DNA of 64,000 nt from the NCBI GenBank assembly GCA_964506575.1, contig CAZDLY010000006.1, positions 9,911-73,910 of the forward strand. The letters are read 5' to 3'. Shown in pieces: positions 53,706 to 61,599 of this stretch. The notes under the pieces are model-generated. The model saw only the letters and a program-made list of their open reading frames with translations, was not told the origin of the DNA and searched no databases. The stretch comes from an uncultured Akkermansia sp. GTDB taxonomy: Bacteria > Verrucomicrobiota > Kiritimatiellia > RFP12 > JAAYNR01. Both the position numbers and the translations under genes were made by a program. Each line of letters starts with the position of its first letter. Position 1 is the first letter of the stretch.

Positions 53706-54140
53706 TCAGAGGGCTTCCGTCTCCAGACACTTATATCCCATGACTTTCAACAGCAAGACGGCCTGATTCCAGTACGGGCCGGGGCTGACGACGTACTCTT
53801 GCCTGATCAACCGGAAGGGATCCGTGCGAGTCTCCAGCCTCTCGGCCAACACGCTCACCAACGTCTGCCCCGAACTGGCATCCGCCGGTTTCACGGGGGC
53901 CGCCCCCAACTTGTCTTTGGACGGAATTCCCAGAGCCGTTCTCATTTTGGCCTCGTCATCAACGCCCGCAATCAGGCACTCGGTCAGAAATACCTCGACG
54001 GCACGCTCCAGCACCGGGTCCGGCCCCGCCCGGCCGCCGACGGGGACCGGGGCGTCCGGGGTGGCGCATCCCGTCAGCATCACCGCGGTCATCACCGCGC
54101 ACACGGCAACGCCAAGACCCGTTCTGCCTGGGTGATCCAT
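53706..54140 (-). CDS. Hypothetical lipoprotein (144 aa)
   Basis: Lipobox VMLTGC and a GGAGAGG Shine-Dalgarno upstream of ATG 54140. No recognisable family. Confidence 0.65.
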   Translation of the reverse strand: MDHPGRTGLGVAVCAVMTAVMLTGCATPDAPVPVGGRAGPDPVLERAVEVFLTECLIAGVDDEAKMRTALGIPSKDKLGAAPVKPADASSGQTLVSVLAERLETRTDPFRLIRQEYVVSPGPYWNQAVLLLKVMGYKCLETEAL

Positions 54141-54159
54141 GGATTCCTCTCCCCTTTTC

Positions 54160-54193
54160 AAAAAAGCCGGCGGACCTCATCGGTCCGCCGGCT
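54160..54193 (-). terminator. Rho-independent terminator (12-bp perfect GC-rich stem, 5-nt loop, T6)
   Basis: The minus strand reads AGCCGGCGGACC gatga GGTCCGCCGGCT TTTTTT, 25 nt after the stop of the 77-aa lipoprotein gene. Confidence 0.8.
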
Positions 54194-54217
54194 GTGTCAG
54201 TCAGATCGACTCCTGGC

Positions 54218-54451
54218 TTACTTCTCCATGGCTTTATCGACGCTCTTCGTGGCGTCCGCTCCGGCCTTCTCGGCCGCCTTCGCCGCGTCCGCTGCCGCCT
54301 TATCGGCCGCCTTCGCCGCATCCGCTCCGGCCTTCTTGGCCTGCTCGGCGGCGCCACTCATCCGCTCCGCCAGCGTGGGCTCCTTTTTCTTGCAGCCCGT
54401 GAACGCGACCGCAACAGCGGCTACCAGCGCAAACATCACCAAGCGCTTCAT
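54218..54451 (-). CDS. Small lipoprotein with three LEA-like 11-residue repeats (77 aa)
   Basis: MKRLVMFALVAAVAVAFTGC lipobox, then AGADAAKAADK / AAADAAKAAEK / AGADATKSVDK. Confidence 0.75.
   Translation of the reverse strand: MKRLVMFALVAAVAVAFTGCKKKEPTLAERMSGAAEQAKKAGADAAKAADKAAADAAKAAEKAGADATKSVDKAMEK
54236..54345 (-). repeat. 3 x 33-bp tandem coding repeat inside the small lipoprotein gene
   Basis: Units of the ccgccttcgccgc(g/a)tccgct(g/c)c(c/g)gcctt type are visible in the DNA and match the 11-aa protein repeats. Confidence 0.6.
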
Positions 54452-54553
54452 GTGTGTACTCCCTTTTTTGTGTTTAACTCACGACGTGTTACCGTCGTAT
54501 CCTGGGGAGAGAATGAAACCTGATCATTCTCTCCCCAAAAATCCCTTTTTCCT

Positions 54554-56743
54554 TCATTGGGCTTTCGGCGCGGGCGGCGCCCCGGCTGTGGCGCCGCCAA
54601 CGGGGGCGGCCGGCATCCGCTTCATCGCGTCGGGCAACACGCTGTCCAGCAGACCGGCGAACCAGAGCGAGCCCGCCAGCGCGACGAGTATCACGATCGC
54701 GATGATCCGGTTGCGCACGGTGTTGTCATCGGCGAACGGATCGGTCAACTGACACTCCGCATGGGCCGGAAGCGCCGCCTCGGTGGTGAAAATCCGCCCC
54801 AGCTTGAGCGAGAGACGCAACCGCCGGTTGATCGCCCATCCGCATGCATTGAGAATCGGGGCCACGTCGCGGGCGCGCAGCTTGAACCAGGTCAGGATCA
54901 CCGAAGGTCCGGATACCAACAGGAGGATGGCGACCAGCCCCAGTGCGGATTTCCATAAGGGCATGCCGGCAATGGCGCTGACCATGCCGCCGATGGCCGT
55001 GCTGATCAAGCCGACCGCGATCCCGAGGGCCGCCGCCGTGGATGCCAGGGCCGCGCCCTCCATCTTTTTGGGGGCTTCGGGCGCCGCCGCACCGGGAAGA
55101 TCAATCTTCTTGGCGGCAGTGGCCAGCGCGGCGTCGTGCTTGGCGGACAGCATCTTCCTGACCTGTCCGCCAACCATGGCGGCGATCTTGCGCCACGGAT
55201 CCCAGAACGCCTCTTTCAGGCTGATCGAGTTGTCCACCATCTTGACGATGACGGCATCCCAGTCCTTGCCGTCGAGATCGTAAAAGATGCCGTTGCGCCC
55301 GACCCAGAGCGAATGCGCGAAACCCGACGTGAAGGTCGCGCAGATGGTGCGCGTCTCCTTCGTGCCCGGGCGGGACAGCGTGCAGTAGGCGAGACAGCAC
55401 TTGCTGGCGCCGGCCTGGCCGGAGTGCGCGGCGATGTCGTCCACGTGGAAGCAGAGGTTGCAGGCGCGGGCGTCCATATAGAGCGTGCCCACCTGGAAGA
55501 TCGAGACGGTCTTCGGGTCGTAGAGGCGCCCCATGTTGACGTAGTTGCTGATGAGGGTGAGCAGATTCGCGTGGTAGCGGATCAGCCGCTCGACCTCCGT
55601 GATCCGGGCGCTCTCGGGCTCGAGCGCGGCGTCCCTGGCGATCAGCGCGGTAATCTCCGCCCGGGCCTTTCCGGCGACCACGTCGGCGAGGCGGGCGGCG
55701 CCCAGACCGGCCACTTCTGCGCCCGCCTTGGCGGCGATCCACGCCGCATAGGGCGCGAATGCGGCCTGGATCGACTGCCACTGCGCGGCGGAAAGCGCCC
55801 TGCAATCCGGGCCGAGCAGCGGCGCGACCACCGCGCGCGCAAAGCCGGCGAGGGCCTCCGCCCAATACGGGTTGACGCCATCCAGCAACGGCAGGTCGCG
55901 ACCGGCCGCGATTTTCGAGAGCGGAAAGGCCGCGATCGCGGGCAGTGCGTCACTGAGCTGCTGCGGCGCGAGCGCGGCGAAATCGGCGTCCGTCCGGTTG
56001 AGCGGCCCGGCGGCGCGGGCGTCGAAGGCCGCCAGGCGGCAGCGGGTGAAGTAATCGTCGAGCTTGGCGCGGACCGCCTCGAGCGCGGCGGCGGCGGCGG
56101 CCGTCCGGTCGCCCAGCGGCAGCACGGCGGCGTCCGCGCGCCGGGTCCAGTCGAGGTGCGCGGTGGCGGCCGCGAAGAAGGCGTCGACCTTGGCCTGGTT
56201 CACGCCCGGCTTGCCGCTGCGGTCGGTCAGTGCCCCGAACGCGGCGATGATCTCCTCGATCACCTGGCGCGTGGTCGCGTCATCGGCGGCGTCGGCGGGC
56301 ACGATGCCGTCGCCATTGAAACGGGTCCCGGCAAAAATCCTGGCGGTGTCGCCAACGTCGGCCAGGCTGATGGCGTCGGCCGATTCCTTGCCCAGATTGA
56401 CCAGAATGCGCTTGGCGCTCGCCAGCAGGGTGTGGCCCTCCGGCGTGGCGGTGCTGATGGAGGCGAGGCGCAGCGTTTCGGATCCCTCCATCAGGGGATC
56501 CAGCGTGACGAGACGAACCGACAGCCACTGGACCGCCTCGAGCAGTTCGGGCACGCGGATGCGCCCGTCCTTGTCGGTATCGAGCATGTCGAGCGTCTTG
56601 GCGTCGAAACGAATGCCCTTGGTGGGACAACTCAGCGCGGTCCAGAGCTTCTGGTCGAGTTCGGCCAGATGCGCGATGTCCGCGCCATTACGGAACAGCA
56701 CCTGATCCAACCCGCCCGAACGATAGAATTTCCATGTGTGCAT
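54554..56743 (-). CDS. Uncharacterised 729-aa protein with an N-terminal canonical EF-hand loop and a C-terminal multi-TM region
   Basis: The DTDKDGRIRVPE loop fits DxDxDGxIxxxE. A long helical middle region follows, then the Cys-rich block CNLCFHVDD..CCLAYC and at least 3 TM helices near the C-terminus. Start at ATG 56743 (MHTWKFYRSGGLDQV). Confidence 0.85.
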   Translation of the reverse strand: MHTWKFYRSGGLDQVLFRNGADIAHLAELDQKLWTALSCPTKGIRFDAKTLDMLDTDKDGRIRVPELLEAVQWLSVRLVTLDPLMEGSETLRLASISTATPEGHTLLASAKRILVNLGKESADAISLADVGDTARIFAGTRFNGDGIVPADAADDATTRQVIEEIIAAFGALTDRSGKPGVNQAKVDAFFAAATAHLDWTRRADAAVLPLGDRTAAAAAALEAVRAKLDDYFTRCRLAAFDARAAGPLNRTDADFAALAPQQLSDALPAIAAFPLSKIAAGRDLPLLDGVNPYWAEALAGFARAVVAPLLGPDCRALSAAQWQSIQAAFAPYAAWIAAKAGAEVAGLGAARLADVVAGKARAEITALIARDAALEPESARITEVERLIRYHANLLTLISNYVNMGRLYDPKTVSIFQVGTLYMDARACNLCFHVDDIAAHSGQAGASKCCLAYCTLSRPGTKETRTICATFTSGFAHSLWVGRNGIFYDLDGKDWDAVIVKMVDNSISLKEAFWDPWRKIAAMVGGQVRKMLSAKHDAALATAAKKIDLPGAAAPEAPKKMEGAALASTAAALGIAVGLISTAIGGMVSAIAGMPLWKSALGLVAILLLVSGPSVILTWFKLRARDVAPILNACGWAINRRLRLSLKLGRIFTTEAALPAHAECQLTDPFADDNTVRNRIIAIVILVALAGSLWFAGLLDSVLPDAMKRMPAAPVGGATAGAPPAPKAQ

Positions 56744-56827
56744 GGCATCCTCACGCGATTGATCAAGGTCAACCATTATGCTGTCATCCGCACTCACAGG
56801 ACGCAATCCAGAAGAGAAGATGCCCGA

Positions 56828-56856
56828 ATCATGCCAGAAGCGGCAGTGGAAGTCAA
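56828..56856 (-). promoter_or_regulatory. Weak candidate promoter for the EF-hand gene (TTGACT-N17-CATGAT)
   Basis: The minus strand reads cTTGACTtccactgccgcttctggCATGATtc. Confidence 0.3.
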
Positions 56857-56883
56857 GAACCTGTCAGTCCCACAGGTCCGTGG

Positions 56884-56946
56884 GGGCGCATGGCAGTTCT
56901 GATGAGGTTGTTGATTCGTAATCATAATCAGAACTGCCATGCGCCC
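56884..56946. repeat. Perfect 20-bp inverted repeat with a 23-nt loop (strong hairpin/cruciform)
   Basis: gggcgcatggcagttctgat [gaggttgttgattcgtaatcata] atcagaactgccatgcgccc. It lies 15 nt downstream of the stop of the minus-strand sulfur operon. No U-tract follows on either strand. Confidence 0.85.
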
Positions 56947-56960
56947 GGTCCGTGGCGTGG

Positions 56961-58961
56961 TCATTTCGGCGCTTCCGGAACCGGGGTGTCCCTGCTGACC
57001 GGCAGTTCGGGCCGCGCCGCCCATTCGGTCCAGCCGGCATCATACCAACGGACGCGGGTGTACCCCAGGAGCCGGGTCAGCACAAAATAGGTCTGACTGG
57101 CCTGATGCCCCGTGCGGCAATGGACGATGACCGGCGAGTCCCGTGAGGGAATGAGTTTCGCATAGGCATCGGCCAGTTCCTGGACCGGCTTCAGCGTGCT
57201 GTACGCATCCCCCTTGGCCACATCGTCGGCGAAGGGCCGGTTGACCGCGCCCGGCACGTGGCCGCCCCGCGCTTCGTCGCGCTTCCTGCCCGTGAAGAAA
57301 TCCGCCGGACGCACATCGAGGATCACCGTTCCCGCCTGGCCCATTGCGGCCAGCACCTCCCGCGCGGAAACCGTGAATGCATCGGGCGTCTCCGGCGCCG
57401 GATACGCCGTGGGGGCGACCACCGGAAGCCGGGTATCCAGCGGCCGTTTCTCTCCCTGCCACTTGACAAAACCGCCCCTCAGCACCGCGTAGCGCCGGTG
57501 CCCCAGCCGTTCGCAGGCCATGCCGACCAGCGTCGCATCCTGGATCTTGTCGCCCCAGACCACGACAAGCGCGTCTTCCGGGCGGAGCCCCAGGAGGGAG
57601 AAATGCGCGGCCAGGAGGTTGGCGGGCAGCAGCATGGACGGAAGGCCCCCGACGCATCCGCGCAGGCTCTCGATGTTCAGGGACAGCGCCCCCGGAACGT
57701 GTCCGCCGTTGTACTCGGGTGGCGGCCGCAGGTCGATGATCTTCACGTCGGGTGAACCGAGGCGCTGCGCCAGCCAATCGGTTTCAACCTCGGCGGGAAG
57801 GGACTCCGCGGCAATCGCCGCCGCTGGCGCCGCCGCCGGCGCGGGAGCACTCAAAAAGAACGCGCGCCAAGCGCGGATCTTGGCCGCTTGAACGGGCGGC
57901 ACGGGTTCGGCACGCAGCGACACCGGTTTCAGGCAGGCGTCCAGAAACCCCGCCAACCCGTCGGTGAGCAGGTAGACGTTACCGAAGCCGAGCCGGGCCA
58001 GGCTGTCACGGGCCTGCGCGGGATGGGTCATGCCGTTCGAGTAGAGCACGATCAGGCCCCGGTTCTTGTGGGGCGCGAGCGCGGCTGGCAGGTCGGCGAC
58101 CGGGATGTTCACCGCCGAACGGATATGGAATTGCGCGAACTCCTCCGGCGTGCGGATATCGACCGGCAGGAGCGACGCGTCGCCGCCCAGCAACCGGTCG
58201 GCGAGATCTTCCGGATCGATGTGGTCCGCGCCCGCCTGCAGGCCCGTCAGCAGCGCCGCCTCCTGCGCGGCCACCGCCGGCACAGCCGGTTGCCGCGGAC
58301 GCGCGGCGAAAAGCCCGAACGCGCCGACCACCAGCACGGCGCTGAACACGGTGAGAAAACGGGAATTCAGATAGCCGGCCGAACCGGTCCGACGCCGCTC
58401 GATAACCTCCGCGCCCCAGAAACAGCCGACGGCGATCAGCGTGAAGGCAAACGCGAATCCCGCCTCGGAAACGCCCAGCGACTCGAATCCGAAGACCACG
58501 CCGCGGTCGTTGGCGGTCAGCGGCGCCATTATCGGATACGCCTCGTTGTAGAGGATGCTGCCGCCCACCGCGCCGGCCAGAAACACCAGCGCGTCGATCT
58601 TTCCGGACGCCACGCCCACGGCGGCCGTGCCAGGACACCATCCGCCCATCACGAAGCCGACGCCGAAAATCAGGCCGCCCAAAATTTGCGCCGCAACCAG
58701 CGTGTGCAGAAAGTAGACGTTGTCGGTCGTCACCCAGCCGAAGGCCTTGGCGTAGGAGACGCCGAGCATGGCGACGATCACCGCCGTGAACATGACCTTC
58801 ATCACCGCCATGTCCCTGAAATAGAAAATCCCCGCCAGGCGTCTCGAGCTGCCGAAGCCCGCGCGCTCCAACGCCACGCCGAAGGCGATTCCGATCAGAA
58901 AGCTCGCCAGAAAGGCTGCGGGCGTGTCCAGCGTGCCGCTGCTGAAGAAGGTGTCAATCAT
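56961..58961 (-). CDS. YeeE/YedE-family sulfur-transporter half fused to three rhodanese domains (666 aa)
   Basis: The N-terminal TM domain has GGWCPG. The C-terminal region has rhodanese repeats, and the last carries the active-site loop VHCRTGHQASQ. Confidence 0.87.
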   Translation of the reverse strand: MIDTFFSSGTLDTPAAFLASFLIGIAFGVALERAGFGSSRRLAGIFYFRDMAVMKVMFTAVIVAMLGVSYAKAFGWVTTDNVYFLHTLVAAQILGGLIFGVGFVMGGWCPGTAAVGVASGKIDALVFLAGAVGGSILYNEAYPIMAPLTANDRGVVFGFESLGVSEAGFAFAFTLIAVGCFWGAEVIERRRTGSAGYLNSRFLTVFSAVLVVGAFGLFAARPRQPAVPAVAAQEAALLTGLQAGADHIDPEDLADRLLGGDASLLPVDIRTPEEFAQFHIRSAVNIPVADLPAALAPHKNRGLIVLYSNGMTHPAQARDSLARLGFGNVYLLTDGLAGFLDACLKPVSLRAEPVPPVQAAKIRAWRAFFLSAPAPAAAPAAAIAAESLPAEVETDWLAQRLGSPDVKIIDLRPPPEYNGGHVPGALSLNIESLRGCVGGLPSMLLPANLLAAHFSLLGLRPEDALVVVWGDKIQDATLVGMACERLGHRRYAVLRGGFVKWQGEKRPLDTRLPVVAPTAYPAPETPDAFTVSAREVLAAMGQAGTVILDVRPADFFTGRKRDEARGGHVPGAVNRPFADDVAKGDAYSTLKPVQELADAYAKLIPSRDSPVIVHCRTGHQASQTYFVLTRLLGYTRVRWYDAGWTEWAARPELPVSRDTPVPEAPK

Positions 58962-59460
58962 GCCACTGCCTCCTCACGAACCACGCGGCCGCATAGCCGC
59001 CTGCGAACACGCTGATCAGGAAAAGCAGGCTGCCTGTGAGCAGCACCGCACTGCCGGACAGGGCCTGACCGGAGGTGCAGCCGTTCGCCAGCCGGCTGGC
59101 GAATCCGGCGATGACACCGCCCGCCAGCGCGAGCAGCAGCCGCACGCGCGGCGCACACCGGGCGCCGCGCTCCACGACCCGGACGCAACGGCCAGCCAGC
59201 AGCGCCGAAACGAGGCCGCCGCCGAACACGCCCGCGAGCATGAAGACCAGATAATAGCGCAGCGGCTGTTCGCCCCACGCGCCGAAGTACGGGCTCGCCA
59301 GCGTCCGCGCCGGGGCGAGCGCGAGTTCGCAGAAGGCTCCCGCGCGCGCCAGGCCCCCCGACGCGCCCAGCCCGGCCCCGAGGATCAGGTACGAGGCCAG
59401 CAGGGTCAGGCCGAGCAACACCCCGGCGAGATACGGATTTGAATACGGTTTCGGACTCAT
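58954..59460 (-). CDS. YeeE/YedE-family sulfur-transporter half (168 aa)
   Basis: 4 TM helices and the LANGCTSGQ motif. It overlaps the next gene by 8 nt (ATGATTGA). Confidence 0.85.
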   Translation of the reverse strand: MSPKPYSNPYLAGVLLGLTLLASYLILGAGLGASGGLARAGAFCELALAPARTLASPYFGAWGEQPLRYYLVFMLAGVFGGGLVSALLAGRCVRVVERGARCAPRVRLLLALAGGVIAGFASRLANGCTSGQALSGSAVLLTGSLLFLISVFAGGYAAAWFVRRQWHD

Positions 59461-59462
59461 GA

Positions 59463-61487
59463 TCAGCACCCCGCGCTTTTCTTTTTCGGCGCCTGCGGCG
59501 CCGGAGGCGCGGCCGGCGCCGGAATGGACGGCCGGACCGCCGGCGTGGCGGACGCGGCGGGCGCGAGCGGCACGGCCCTGACCGGTCCGCCCATCTCCAC
59601 GTCGCGCCAGTAGGCGTCGAGACCGCCAAACAGGACGTTGACCTGCCGCTCCGTCTTCTGCGACAGGATTCCACCGGCCGCCATGGCCAGCGAGCCGTCG
59701 CGGTCCACGATCACCAGCGGCCCCGAGCCCGTGAGCGTCGCGGGGTCGGCGATCAGGTCGGCCAGCGCCACGTTGCGCGCGCCGGGCAGGTGGTAATCGG
59801 CGAACGCCACGGCGGACCGGATGTCCACGAGGTCGAATGTGCCGGGCAGGTCCACGATCATCCGCTTGAGGGCCGCCGCGTCGATCCGGGCGGGCAGGTT
59901 CACCGCGCGCGCGGACCGCGCCGCCGTCCCTCCGCCCGGCGCGGCGGGCTGGATCACCGGCAGTCCGGCCTCGATCCACGCCTCGCTGCCGCCCACCAGG
60001 GAGGCCACCTTCGTGAATCCCTTGCGCTCCAGAAGGCCGATGCCCATGCTGCTGCGGTACGCCGAGTTGCAGACCGTCACGACCGGCTCGCGCGGGTCGA
60101 GCTTCATCGCCGCCAGATCGCCCAGCAGATTGAGCGGCAGGTTCACCACGTTGCCGATGCGCAGCCCCATCCACTCGCTCGGCAGGCGCACGTCGACAAT
60201 GATCGGCGCGGTACCGTCCTGCATCCGCTGATGAAGGACTTGCGGCCCGATCGGCTCGTTCGACAGGACCGGCTGCCCGGCCGCGACCCACGCATCGAAG
60301 CCCACCGTGCCCGCGACCGCGTATCCGACGCGGTACAGACGATAAACCGCCTCCTTCAACTCCTCGGCGCTGCCGCACAGCACCAGGCGGCTGCCCCACG
60401 GCGCCAGGATGCCCACCCACGTCTCCAGCCGCCCGCGCAGACCGATGTTCACCGCGTTCGGAATATGACCCGCCGCAAAGCGCTTCGCGTCGCGCAGGTC
60501 GACGACGTAAACGGCGCCAGCATCGGTCAGCGTCTGGTCCAGAGCGGGAATCGGCGGCAGCGGGGCGCTCCATGCGACGGGCGGCGGACCCTCGCGGTTC
60601 ATCCGGGCGTTGTGCGCAAAATACTGCGGGGCCTCGGGAAGCCCCTCCAGCACGGCCGTGATGAAATCGTTCCGGCCCGTGTGCTGCAAGTAGGGATTGG
60701 TCGCGCGTTCCGCCCCGATCGTCGAGGCCGGCTCGTCGCTCAGATGGGCGCCGCACAGCGAACCCGCGCCGTGCGCGGGAAGGACGATCACGCTGTCGTC
60801 GAGCTTCGCCAGCTTGTTCTTCCACGTGTCGTAGCCCATCCCCGCGAGCGTGGCGGCGGACATCGTCCCGCCCAGCAGGTCGGGACGCCCGATCGACCCC
60901 ACGAACAGCGTGTCGCCGGTCAGGATCGCGCGGGGCCTGGCCTTGTCGCCCTTGTCAAAGACAAGCGCGCACATGCCGTCCGGCGTGTGCCCCGGAGTGG
61001 CCAGAAACTGAAGCGTGACCTCGCCCCACGGCAGCGTCTGCCGGTCGGACAGCGCCGTGATGGGGTATTTCGCCCCGCTCTCCCGGTTCTGATAGACGGG
61101 ACAGCCGATCGCCTTCGTGAATTCGCTGTGCCCCGCCACGAAGTCGGCGTGCGAATGGGTCAGGAAGACGCCCGCGATCGTCCATCCCTCCCGCTTGGCC
61201 GTATCGAGATAAACCTGAATGTCGCGGGACGGGTCGACCACGAGCGCATCCTTGCCGCTGACCACGAGATACGAGTAGTGCGACAGGACCGACAGATTGA
61301 ACTGCACGATCGTGACGCCGGAGAACGCGTAGCGCTTGACCACCGTCTGCACGGCTGCGGTGTCGACGTGCGCCGCGGCCTCCGCATCCTGAATCGCCGC
61401 CGCCCCCGCCGTCTGTCCGGCCAGCAACAGCCCAGCAGCCAAGACGCCAGTATTCACCTGATGCGCCAGTTCCCTGTATCTCTGCAT
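59463..61487 (-). CDS. MBL-fold (persulfide-dioxygenase/CstB-like) hydrolase fused to three rhodanese domains, with a signal-like N-terminus (674 aa)
   Basis: LTHSHADFVAGH metal motif, ATPGHTPDG, rhodanese domains (one with VCNSAYRSS), and a Pro/Ala-rich tail ending KKKSAGC. The N-terminus VLAAGLLLAGQTAGAAA is signal-like. Confidence 0.87.
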   Translation of the reverse strand: MQRYRELAHQVNTGVLAAGLLLAGQTAGAAAIQDAEAAAHVDTAAVQTVVKRYAFSGVTIVQFNLSVLSHYSYLVVSGKDALVVDPSRDIQVYLDTAKREGWTIAGVFLTHSHADFVAGHSEFTKAIGCPVYQNRESGAKYPITALSDRQTLPWGEVTLQFLATPGHTPDGMCALVFDKGDKARPRAILTGDTLFVGSIGRPDLLGGTMSAATLAGMGYDTWKNKLAKLDDSVIVLPAHGAGSLCGAHLSDEPASTIGAERATNPYLQHTGRNDFITAVLEGLPEAPQYFAHNARMNREGPPPVAWSAPLPPIPALDQTLTDAGAVYVVDLRDAKRFAAGHIPNAVNIGLRGRLETWVGILAPWGSRLVLCGSAEELKEAVYRLYRVGYAVAGTVGFDAWVAAGQPVLSNEPIGPQVLHQRMQDGTAPIIVDVRLPSEWMGLRIGNVVNLPLNLLGDLAAMKLDPREPVVTVCNSAYRSSMGIGLLERKGFTKVASLVGGSEAWIEAGLPVIQPAAPGGGTAARSARAVNLPARIDAAALKRMIVDLPGTFDLVDIRSAVAFADYHLPGARNVALADLIADPATLTGSGPLVIVDRDGSLAMAAGGILSQKTERQVNVLFGGLDAYWRDVEMGGPVRAVPLAPAASATPAVRPSIPAPAAPPAPQAPKKKSAGC

Positions 61488-61544
61488 ATCCGAGCCTCCT
61501 TTTGAACGCGGCCCGATCAAACCACGAGCCTCATGACGATCCTC

Positions 61545-61572
61545 ATTATGCGGGATCCGGGATAATAGTCAA
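61545..61572 (-). promoter_or_regulatory. Candidate promoter for the sulfur operon (TTGACT-N16-CATAAT)
   Basis: The minus strand reads gaTTGACTattatcccggatcccgCATAATgagg. An AGGAGG Shine-Dalgarno follows before ATG 61487. Confidence 0.5.
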
Positions 61573-61599
61573 TCGCACACATGATGCGTGCTTCAAATC

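Noticed and set aside
56884-56946. REP elements serviced by the RAYT-like transposase-like genes: the 20-bp palindrome at 56884-56946 and the hairpins at 39079-39136, 54165-54193 and 1310-1402.
   Set aside because: The palindromes share no sequence with one another (apart from the two triplet-repeat ones), and none flanks the transposase-like gene at 63183-64000. A REP family cannot be supported from this window alone. It is kept only as a genome-wide test in the findings.
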